64,000 bases of DNA. It comes from Guillardia theta CCMP2712 (lineage: Eukaryota > Protista > Cryptophyta). Each line of letters starts with the position of its first letter. The first letter of the stretch is position 1. The notes under the pieces were generated by a model. The model was not told the origin of the DNA, searched no databases, and saw only the letters and a program-made list of their open reading frames with translations. The translations under genes were made by a program, and so were the position numbers. The stretch is from positions 73,506 through 137,505 of the forward strand of contig NW_005434622.1 of NCBI RefSeq assembly GCF_000315625.1, in the 5' to 3' direction. Positions 53,741 to 64,000 of the stretch are shown here, one piece after another.

Positions 53741-56700
53741 TCATGCAAAGCCCTTGACCGCGCTGTCGCTCTTGGCCATGCTCTCCTTCCATCGGTACTG
53801 CAGGACCAGCTCGTCCGGGTTCTTCGCCACGTACTTGCGGATCGTCATCAGGTTCATGTCCAGCGGCACGATGCGCTCGTTGCAGACGAGCTCCAGATAG
53901 TCGAAGGGCTCACGCACGTCCGGCCTGCCAGCGAAGATGAGCAGCGAGCAAGGAGCGAACGAGAAGCGAGCAAGGAGCGAACCAGGAGCGGGCAAGGGGA
54001 ACCAGGAGCGAGCAAGGGGAACCAGGAGCGAGCAAAGGAACGAGCAAGGAGCAAGCAAGGAGCAGGTTTCTCCTCACCTCTTGAGCTTCGCGGGGATCTG
54101 AGTGTCGAGTTGCAGCTTCGTCATGGCGTAGTGGAGGACCTTCCTCGCCCTCAGGATCTGCGGGGCATTCAACTTTCCCTGCTGCATCTGCCGGATGTCG
54201 CAGTCGGGGTGCGCGGTGAGGTAGAATCCAACCTTGGGAGACTCTCTGCGAAAGGGTAAGAGAAGATGTCGAGATAAGGGTAAGAGAAGATGTCGAGATA
54301 AGGGTAAGAGAAGATGTCGAGATAAGGGTAAGAGAAGATGTCGAGATAAGGGTAAGAGAAGATGTCGAGATAAGGGTAAGAGAAGATGTCGAGATAAGGG
54401 TAAGAGAAGATGTCGAGATAAGGGTAAGAGAAGATGTCGAGATAAGGGTAAGAGAAGATGTCGAGATAAGGGTAAGAGAAGATGTCGAGATAAGGGTAAG
54501 AGACGATGTCGAGATAAGGGTAAGAGAGGGTAAGAGAAGATGTAGAGATAAGGGTAAGGGAAGATGTCGAGATAAGGGTAAGAGAAGATGTCGAGATAAG
54601 GGTAAGAGAAGATGTAGCGAACAAGGAGGCTCACCCAACTCGCTCCCCCTTGTCGTTGTGCGGTGCATCTCGCTCCAGGCTCTGCACCAGCCACTCGGGC
54701 AGGATGTCAACCGGCTCGCTGCCGTCCCACTCGAAAACTCTCCGGCAGATCAGCGGCTTCGTGCCTGAGTCCTCGCTGATGATGACTTTGATCTTGTCCG
54801 AGATGGTGTAGTCCAGACTCTCATCGATCTCCGTGTGGGAAGCCCCTTCATCCCCATCCTGCTGCCTCATCGGCGACCTGTCTGCTCAGGGCAACTCAGG
54901 GCCGTCAAGCTTGCAGTCGCATGCTCACCTTGAGGTCTGACCCTGCGACCCTGCAACCAGCGCTTGAGGAGCGAACGTAAAATTCGGAACCCGACGTTCA
55001 TCTTAGTTTCTTCTAACTCCGGAGTGTGCGGAAATCCGGCATCGTTGGCATAGAGTTCCGCAGAAAATACTTGAGGAAAATCCAGATTGACAGTCAACGA
55101 CCCGAGTTTGCAATCTACAGTGCACCAGGCAGGCACAAGCAATTCCTTCTCGAGCGATTTCCGAGTCTCTCGGAAGTCGACTTTCCCATATTCCTGTATC
55201 TTCTGGGCCTTGGTCACATCCCATAGGGCAACATCCCCTGCTGTATCCTCTGTCAAGACGCATCGACGGTTCTCCAAGAAGTCGTGCTTGACGATCGCAG
55301 GGAGGCCCTTGATGACATGTGTAGGGTTCGCCAGCAGAGGAACCAGATTCTCATCTGAGCAAGAGGTTCATGTCTCGCAACATCCCACAGAAACTCTTAC
55401 CTGGAGCTTCTTGGCCCACACTTGATGATCCGATCGAGCGACGTGGGCCGACGATAGTGATGGAATGAACAGAGGGCTTGGACCGCGTGCTCCGGCTCGC
55501 TCGCTCGCGCACCAGGAGTGGCTCGACATCCAAAAATTGCAAGTCTGCACTCACAGTTGACACCCACAGGGAGCGAGCTGGACTCAACAGCAACTTGGTG
55601 ACTGGATCTGCTGCTTTATGCAGCAAGGTGCTGTCCAAAGTTCGAAGATCCGTGCAGAATATATTACAATCCTTCCCACCAGAATACAGATTCAGGTTTT
55701 GAGGATCCAGCGCAATCGACCAGACGGAATCTGTGTGAATGGCGATTGACTGGATGCATCGTTGTTGCCCGATGTCCCATATCTTTATTGTTGCGTCGCT
55801 ACTCCCTGTACGAACGTCAGTCAGGGCTGTAAAATCATGCATCCTTCTCTCACCCGAGATGCACTTTGTACCGTCCTCACTCAGCAGGATGCAACGGATG
55901 TTGTCAGTGTGTCCTTTTAGGCGACCCGTTCGCTCTCCTGTTCTCGGATCCCATAAACGAATAAGACCAATCGCATGTGTCGACACTCGCTCAGTGGAGC
56001 CGGACACCACCAGCTTTCCATCATTGTTTGTTGCGATACAATACACAGAGTCCTTATGCCCTTCACACCTCCTGAATTGTGAATCTGCGAACAGGAATAA
56101 CTCAAACAACCAGTCCCAGGAATCTCAACAAGTTTAGAACATGACCAACGACATCCATGAGTGAATAGAAAACGTGTGGTGAACGTTCAAACAAATAACA
56201 TCATAGCATTCAAGGTAACATACCTGGCATTTGTGCAACAGGCTTCTGGAGTGCAACAGTATCCCAAATATAAACATCTCGATCCAATCCCGCTGACGCC
56301 AAAAATTGTGCATTTCTTGCATACGCCAAGGCCTTTACATAATCACAGTGCTCTTTCAAAGTCGCAGTACATGTTTCATTTGCAATGTTCCAAAATTTGA
56401 TTGTAGTGTCGGAGCTGGCAAGCAAGTCACAACAGGAACCGATTTTCATGAAGAAACAACCTTGCTGTCACTAGCGTCGCTTCATCCGACATAACCACCA
56501 CATCGTTGACCCAGTCTGTGTGCCCGTCATATGTTCGTTCGCAAACAGCTTTCGGATTCGCTGTGTTCCAACACCTAGTCGTCGCATCCCTTGAGCAGAA
56601 ACGGTAAGATCATGCACAGCCTTCTTGAAGATGGGTACCTGCCCGCCGAGAATAACAGATCTCCGCGCCGAGAAAGTGCAATGGAATTTATTCCTGACCG

Positions 56701-56897
56701 ATGTCTGGAAAAATAAAAGTAATCAACGACCTTCCCACGAAACGAAATCATTCCAGGTTCAACGCAGCATGCAATCAATACAAGGCTGCAGAGAGGGAGC
56801 AGACAGCATTTGTCATTAAGTACCTTCCTTCATCTGACGCCCGAATTACATACGATACTCTACGATGCTTCTTTCGGTTCAGAGTGGTGCCAAGCAT
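53741..56897 (-). CDS. WDR48: WD-repeat protein 48 (USP1-associated factor 1)
   Basis: KKHRRVSYVI..HRSGINSI, GHTDWVNDV, SSDTTIKFW, HCDYVKALAY, ASAGLDRDVYIWD, GHKDSVY, LKGHTDNIRCILL, VPAWCTVDCKLGSLTVNLDFPQVFSAELY, KLNAPQILRARKV, LELVCNERIVPLDMNLMTIR. Confidence 0.93.
54253..54617 (+). repeat. 24-bp minisatellite (agggtaagagaagatgtcgagata), about 15 copies, filling a WDR48 intron
   Basis: 10 perfect units from 54253, followed by variant and partial units. Confidence 0.97.
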
Positions 56898-58669
56898 ATC
56901 TCAAAAAAAATTCTCTTTCATTCAATTTCGGCGTTTCGCTGAACACATGAGAGTGAATGTCTTGAACAAGCAAATCAAGCGATGTCACCTCAATCAAGCC
57001 ACGAGCTTTTCAAATGTGCATTTGAGAGATGTTTTGAGACTGCTCACACAAGGAACCAAACAGCAGCCAGTCTCAGATGCTCTTCCACCTGCTGAAGTTC
57101 GATCAGGAAATCAGTCCGATGTTGCCACGAAATGAAAATATCAATATTTGCTGTTTCCAAACGTTATTCATAGTTGTTGAAGAATGCATGCATGTGCAAA
57201 TTAACAGAAATCGAACACAATCGCAACGCTGAAACGTGTCAGGAGAGCGCAAAGTTCACATTAATTCATCAGCACAAACTACATCGTGGACATAAACAAA
57301 TCCATCTACTTTGCAGACATTTTGTGCAACACACCAATACTGAAGAACAGAAGAGAATGGTAAGGCGGAGGAAACAGAGAGCTCATTCAGAAACATGTCA
57401 AGTATGTGTATGTTATACTTGTGTTCGACATGCATTAGATACGTTCAGCTTGCACAGTTGCTGGGCTCAAAATCGTGCAATTCCTCAGAACAAGAAAGAA
57501 CTCCAAGGAAGTGTTCGACAAAGTAGAGACATCACTCAATCTGCAGGCGAGCCAAGATATGCATAAGGGAGAGGCAAACAACCGAACGATATGTGAAATA
57601 GTTTCAACAACAGGTCAGAGCGGTGGTTGAATGGCAGCACAGGTGGAAGCTATAAAGGTGTTGCTGCGAGGGGAGAGGGCAACGGTAAAGGATTTAGGAA
57701 TGACAATGAGCAGATGGTGCAGAAAAATCAGAAGAAGATGTTGGATGGTATATAACAACGTTCATGGCATGAATCAGATGCGAAATCTTCAGGCTGCATG
57801 TTTCAGTCCTCCCTGCCCCCTCCGCTGCCGCCGCCATCGCCCCACCAATACCACACACTTGTGTTATAGTCAATATGAGAGCACCTCATATAAACACTAC
57901 CCCTAATATTGAGATGTTTTATGTGGGTGGTTGACCGAGGAACATTGACTACAGAAACTTATCCGGTTGCTATAGTGAGTGTAGGTCCTAGGAACCATGT
58001 ATAGGATTGTGTCTTAGGAGGGCTACAGAGGTTTGTTGTCATGGCAACAATGTAGGCAAACTACATGTTGGGGTCCTAGGAACTGCTGTAGGAGCCTTGC
58101 AACGTTGCAACCTGCAACACATACTTAACGGTTTAAAACGTACATAACGGATGCAACACAAATCTGGGCGGGCCATCAGCCCGGGTGCCGCTCGAGACTG
58201 AACCCTTTGGTGGTTTGAATCGATTTAGACAATGGGGGGGCCGGTCGGAGCGCGGACTGGCATCCCGTGCAGGGGATGGCGAAGGGAGAGGAGGAGAATG
58301 AAGGAGGAGAGAGGGGGGAGGGAGGAGAGGGGGGAGATTGGGAAGTGAGCAACTGTAAGTATGAGGAGAATGCTAGAGCACGAGAAGGAGAAACTCGAGG
58401 TGAGGAGGCAGAGGAGAGGATCATGGTGAGGAGCAAACCTAAAGCAGGGGATATCGGAGATGGGGATAGCAGGGCATCACAGAGACAAAGCTGAGATGAG
58501 GAGTCCCATTGAAGGGTGCCATGGCCATTTATGAAGTAAGAAAGGTGGTCGGTGGCACTCTAGTCACATTCACAGACCAAGTGTGGCCATAGCAGATGTT
58601 TCGTTGGGATTCGTGCCTCGCTAACGCTTTCGATAACAGTTTTGAATTCTCAAACATTCGAGAAAGACC

Positions 58670-60227
58670 ATGACAGCATCGGATACTCCAAGTGGGGACA
58701 TTTTGACAGAAACGTCGAATGGCAGCTCAGTCGAGAATACAACGGAGGATGAATCTGTGAAGCAGACCGACGGAGATAGGAAGAGGAAGATGGATGAAAC
58801 CGAGGTAGTCATGTGACAGCGCAAGGAGGTTTCTGTCTCTTGACATACTGGTACAGATCAGCGGAGGCAATCACGTCGATGATTGTGTTTCACCCAGCAA
58901 GATGCAGAAATCTCAATTTGTCTGTCTACCATTTTCAGAGTTCAATGTTCAGAACAACTTTAGCGAGGACATGCAAGTGTTGAAGTCTATGTGGTTCAGC
59001 AAGATTTCGGGGTCGGCTCACCAAGACATTCTTGAATCTTTCTACTCCCCTCAGGTAGCGAAGAAGGCCCCTCCTTATGCTGTCCCTGAGTTCAAACCGA
59101 CAGGCTAAGCTCTACGATGGGTATCGCTCCAGAATGCTCCATGCAAGGCCTCCGATGATGAAGAACCTTTCGGTCGACAGAGATCGTAAGGGAAAGGTGG
59201 CGATCTGAATACCTGGAATGTCCATATTTTTTTAATCCTGGTCTAACAGATTGTATGGGTTGATCTTGGGGGCGGGACTGGGTCTTCTGTCGAGTACATG
59301 TCCAATGCGCTAGATGAAGGCTGGTTCTCCAGCGTCGTTGTCCTAGATCTCTGTCCTTCTTTGCACAAGGTCCCTGCTTTCTTTCCTTTCTTTCTGCCCT
59401 ATTTCTAGCAAATCTGTTGAGCGTAACGATCGTCACATGGTCAAAACAAATTTAATGTGTGAGCAGATTGCTGAGGAAAGGGCAAAGAAATGGCCGGGAA
59501 TCGTCAAAGCTGTCCTTGGGGATGCGTGCAACCAGAACGAAGGTGAAGGATGCTGCAAGGGTGGTACAGTTTAGTCGCTGATTGATGAGCAGAGGGTCTT
59601 CCACCAGCTGGATCGTGTGACCTTGTGACTTTCAGCTATTCTCTGGTCATGATACCTGATTGGAAGGTGTGAGGAATAACGTCTTGTGCTTGAGAGTTGA
59701 TTGATGTCAGGGTGCAATCGCCAATGCACTCCGCTTGCTCCGTCCTGGTGAGTTTTCTGTCGCCAGTTTTCTTCGATGTGCGAGCTCTGACCAGCAGGCT
59801 TCCTCTGGCAGGGGGTAGATTGTGCGTTTGTGACTTCACCGTCCTGCCGCAGAAAGGACAGTGGACAGTGACACAGGTTTGTATGCTCCTGAATGTTCAT
59901 GGAGTCTGACATGATCTTGTCAATGAAGGAAATGTGGAAACGGATCTTCGCCAGGGATCACGTCCACCTCAGTGACGAGCATCTGAAATATCTAAAGGTC
60001 CAACCCCTTCAAAAAAAAATCATCGACGCAACTAACCCCTTTGTTACTAGAGCGTTACAGAGCCAGAGAAGGAAGACTGTGGCTTTGGCTCCTTTCCTTA
60101 CGTTCCCCTACTCAAGGTTGTTGCCTGACCGCTGACAAGCTGCGACTGATAATCATGGCAGGCGGGATGGTACTGGTATGTTGGCAAGAAACCAGAGGAC
60201 GCTGATGTAAACCCGACGGGCCAGTGA
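58670..60227 (+). CDS. SAM-dependent methyltransferase, BtaB-like (methyltransferase half of betaine-lipid synthase BTA1), stand-alone
   Basis: LKSMWFSKISGSAHQDILESFYSPQ|AKLYDGYRSRMLHARPPMM, WVDLGGGTG, VVLDLCPSL, LGDAC, DLVTFSYSLVMIPDW, LLRPGGRLCVCDFTV, WKRIFARDHVHL. Confidence 0.8.
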
Positions 60228-60517
60228 AGGAGTGGATCAGATCAAGTCAGACTGCCGAGCGCCGCGCAATTGTTTTAAAAGCCTTTCATGGAATGTATTA
60301 ATGAATTAGGGAAGCATTTCCCTCAAAAATTCTTGTGTGACTTTGATCAGGAGACACTGCACTCTTGCTTCTGATTCTTCCACCCACCTCCTTTCCGTAC
60401 TACTGAAGAAGAAGAACAGAATTGCAGCCGCCGAAGTCTACAAGGAGGAAGATTGGAAAATTAGGAGCGGGTTTGAAATTGAATATATTGCATGACACAG
60501 AAAGAATGCTTCTGAGT

Positions 60518-61288
60518 TCAGGAACATAAGCGACCATTTCCGATCCTGTCCTGAAACACATGAATGTCAGAATTTGACACCTCCTTGCCTTCTTGCCTTG
60601 TCCATGGCTTCTTCGATAGCTTGTCTCGCAGCTTGGCTGTTAATTTGGCTGGGTGATCAGTCAGCCTCTCCTCTCCTGTCAGCCTCTCAGTAGCTCAGAC
60701 CTGCGGACCAGTTGGTCGACGATCAGACCCCCCTCATCCTCCTCTGAGCCCTCAAGCGCGCTCGTGCGAGCTCTCGGCCGTCGCACTTCGATAGACAGAG
60801 ATGTTCCCTCCTCTCCCTTGAGCAGCGCCGACACCTACGTGCATGTCACGTTGTCCCCCCGAGAGGGCAGCAGGCGTGCCTTCAAGCTTGGTTGCCTGTA
60901 GACATATCGCTTGTTGATGCGGATCAAAATATCCCCGACCCTCAGCTTCGAACGCTCCGCGGGACTCCCCCGACAAATGCCTGCGATGACTGCAAGGCAA
61001 GTGAGGGGTAAGAAGCGAAGTCAATCAGCAGTTCACATAAGACTCCATCCTTCCTTGCTCCAAGCACAATGCCGACTCCAGCCTTCACGCTGATGTCCTG
61101 AAGGCGTCTCACTATCGTGCTTCAAAGGTCTGACTACTTCACGTTAGGAATGGGGGGCACAGTCGACTTGGAGATATTGCTGCAACATCCTAGTTGAACG
61201 CTCACGACAAGTGAAGTGTGGGAGGCGCAAGCACACCTATCAGACTGTTGCCTCCTGCTTCCTGTTCTTTCGTGTTGGCACCGCCCAT
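60518..61288 (-). CDS. Small PDZ-domain protein with a putative N-myristoylation/palmitoylation N-terminus
   Basis: Spliced translation: MGGANTKEQEAGGNSLIGCCSN...KAGVGIVLGARKDGVLFIAGICRGSPAERSKLRVGDILIRINKRYVYRQPSLK|VSALLKGEEGTSLSIEVRR. Missing from the ORF track because of introns. Confidence 0.75.
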
Positions 61289-61678
61289 GGGTGATTAATA
61301 GTGCATCTTGGTCGTAGGGCTTGCGAGAAAAGTCACGGTCAGAGTTTTCATCATGAGAATGTGGAACGATCAGCTATGTGACTCAGTGATGCAAGGAGTT
61401 GGTGTGTCCTGCTACTTCTAGCAGTACTACTAGTGTCATGCCACCCATCCATCGTACACTAACACTAGAGGTTGCAGCCGCATGGGCAAGGGCGGCAGCT
61501 TGAGCGGCCACCTGTGCCACTGGCCGAGTCTTTGCACAACGGAAACATCAAACTTTATTTCATACTGCCCGGGCGGGCCCGGGCGGCTCCAGCCGCCTCC
61601 GCTGCCAATCGGATCGGAGGGGCCAGGCGGCGCGGCGTCGCGCATGGAGTCCGGTCCGAGAGGCACGGTCCTCGCACT

Positions 61679-61776
61679 TCTTTACTCAAAGTTAGTTAAA
61701 AAGCAGTACGAGGACAATCAGGAGAGTCGAGGAGGCTTGACCCTAACTTAACTGATACCTTCACTTAACTGCGCGC
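61679..61776 (+). repeat. Dispersed modular repeat, copy 5, in the GC-rich island between the divergent PDZ genes
   Basis: tctttactcaaagttagttaaaaagcagtacg-aggacaatcaggagagtcgaggaggcttgacc-ctaacttaactgataccttcacttaactgcgcgc. Confidence 0.85.
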
Positions 61777-62226
61777 GGGACAATCCCCCCGCGCCCGCCG
61801 CGCGCGCACAGTACGGCCGGCGCGGCGGGCCCGTGCTGACTCAGTGAGCCGGACTCCGGTCAAACGTGTTCCGAAGCCTTCAGTCGCGGGGCGGCAGACT
61901 CCGAGTCCGACGGTCCGACGGGATTATTCACCCCACCCCCACCTCCGACACAGAATATTACCCCACCCCTGATAGCTCGCTAGTTTGCATCCCACTTTAT
62001 GGCGTCGTTGCGAAGGGGCGCATGGTGCGGCATACGATCGCATGCAGCAGCGAAGTCTCATCCATCCTCCTCTCCTATCTGCATCCCTTGATCATTCTCC
62101 TCCTCCTCTACCTCCTGTGCCAGCATCAATGCTCGCTCGCTTACCTCGAGCTATGAAGAATGACATCGTTGTTTCCAGGATGTTGACATTTTTGACGCAT
62201 GACCGAAAGTTCAGCGCTGCAGGCAC

Positions 62227-64000
62227 GTGAGCCAAGTACCCCAAGTATCCCGCAACAGACAGCCAGGCAGCCAAACTGACAAGCAAGCCATGAGCCTCGT
62301 CGGAGTTGGACTTGGACTGACATCAACTGAGAGTGGACTGGAAGTCACCGAAATCCTGGAAGATGGACCAGTAGACAGGACGGGCAAGGTCAGGATCGGA
62401 GACATTCTGAAGAAGGTGGACGGCAATGTCTGTGGCAACACTGTCAAGTCCGTGAAGCATCTGCTCACGGGGCCCGCGGGGAGCTCGGTGACTCTGACGT
62501 TTCTACGACATGACATTCTCGGCATGCCTGATGCTGTGTCCATCTGCGTGAAGAGGGGGATCCCACAGATCCCCACAGGTCGGAGCTCGAAGCAGCAGTC
62601 CGGGAGGCAGGATCAGGAACGACCATCTCCCTTCTCCTCCTTCGGATTCTCCTTCTTCAACTTTGGAGGGTCCGACGACAACGATAGAGAGAACACCGAC
62701 AGCAACCTCATGACAGGGTGGCAGCAAGGACACGACTGGTGGCTGGCAGGAGACGAGCAGAGTCCTTCTGCAGAGTACGCGCCTGACTGCACTCCTTATG
62801 GACTTGAATCTCCATTGAGCGATGAAGAAGGGATGCAGAGCCGTTCCCAATCTGAGCGATTTCTTCCTCACGGAATCGAAAATCCCATGCACAAAGACGC
62901 TGTGAAAGTCTGGACTAAGGCTCATGATGACGATGGAGATGAGTTTGCTGCACCAATCAGGCAGGAGAAGTTGGACTTTTCCAGAGATTTGTCTAGTCAC
63001 AAACTCGTCGAGAATGCAACAGAACAGGAGCTTCGCCTGCTGCGGGCAGAGAGAAAGCAAGACAACTCGCGGATCATTATGCTGCTCACTGAGAGAGATG
63101 AGCTGAAGGAAAAGATCAGCATCACTGAAGCGGTGACTTCTCTCTTGCTCCTGCTTGTCTCTAACACGACCTCATCGCAGAAACTCCGACAAGAGCAAGA
63201 GAAAGTGACGCAAGTTGAAAAGGACATGAAGAGGAAGACAGAGACGGAAGCATCCCTCCTACTGAGAGAAGTTCAGGATGCCTACGTGACGCTTGTTTCC
63301 TCGAGGCAAGCATCAGCCAACCTGGACCCTGAGTTCGCTCAAGTCGGGAGCAACAGCGAAAGACTCTTTTGCATGGTCAAGGCAATGATTCAGGAGGCCC
63401 AATCGCGTCAAGAGGAAGAGAAGAGGATGGAAAAGGATCTCAAGGTAGTACAGATGGCTGCATGACAGCCGCACCCCCTCCTCCTTGACGGCCGTTGCAG
63501 GCTGCCAAAGAGGAGATTGAAGGCCTCTCAGCCAAGATTTCGCTCTTGCAGATGCAGAAAGATGTAAGATGTCAATATTGCTTCCGGCTGTTCATTTCAG
63601 CCTCAGGAGGATCATCGTCAGATGTCGGCCATCCGCGAAGAGAGAGAAAATATGAGAAGGTGATGTTGTTGACTTGAACGGGTTCCGATCTTTTGACTTG
63701 AACCATCCAAGTGATCTCGCTAAAGTGAGAAAAGAGCTGGACATGTCGCTGCAAGAGTTGCTGAACGCCTATCAAGTACGTTCAGTGGGCGCTCACCTTC
63801 CCTCCCTCCCTCTCCCTCTCCCTCTCCCTCTCCCTCTCCCTCTCCCTCTCCCTCTCCCTCTCCCTCTCCCTCTCCCTCTCCCTCTCCCTCTCCCTCTCCC
63901 TCTCCCTCTCCCTCTCCCTCTCTGCGAGGAACAACCATCACGTCTTCTGGCGTCTGCAACGCATGCTCAGGTGTGAGGGTGTGAGGCCGTCCTAGGAGCG
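62227..64000 (+). CDS. PDZ-domain + coiled-coil protein (partial, runs off the window)
   Basis: [42 protein letters not shown]...[19 protein letters not shown], then coiled-coil exons. Start uncertain. Confidence 0.78.
63808..63922 (+). repeat. (CTCTCC)n intronic microsatellite
   Basis: About 19 hexamer units. Confidence 0.95.

Noticed and set aside
54253-54617. CRISPR-like regular repeat
   Set aside because: Units are directly adjacent with no unique spacers, lie in a eukaryotic intron, and no cas genes are present. It is a minisatellite.
56900-57900. ORFs upstream of WDR48 (56701-57906)
   Set aside because: No coding-like composition or motifs; more likely 5' UTR, UTR intron or spacer.

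Overview
Eukaryotic nuclear DNA, gene-dense and intron-rich. Introns are mostly about 45-55 bp GT-AG, several are GC-AG, and many are expanded by purine/pyrimidine microsatellites. The style is consistent with a cryptophyte such as Guillardia theta, but this is inference only. About 18 protein-coding genes could be rebuilt by hand across introns. They encode an R3H-like/SUZ protein, an Rdx(SelW/SelH-like)+LRR fusion, a calpain with three domain-III repeats, a convergent pair of intronless RWP-RK genes, an EF-hand protein, a sulfotransferase-like protein, a Spinster-like MFS transporter, DEK, a PI4-kinase beta, a large secreted cadherin-like/POMP-repeat protein, a SAP+2xKH protein, a bacterial-type GT-C (ArnT/PMT-like) glycosyltransferase, WDR48/UAF1, a stand-alone BtaB-like methyltransferase, a divergent pair of PDZ genes and several hypothetical proteins. 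Non-coding highlights: (1) a modular dispersed repeat with five co-oriented copies, one internally inverted, always in GC-rich islands just upstream of gene starts, with Helitron/Helentron-like traits; (2) a 1.05-kb TA-flanked non-autonomous TIR element; (3) GGGGTA/TACCCC clusters in intergenic spacers; (4) a 3'-biased distribution of microsatellite-expanded introns. Most entries in the ORF track are artefacts of microsatellites and antisense frames. Gene boundaries are manual and approximate. No tRNA, rRNA or CRISPR array was recognised.
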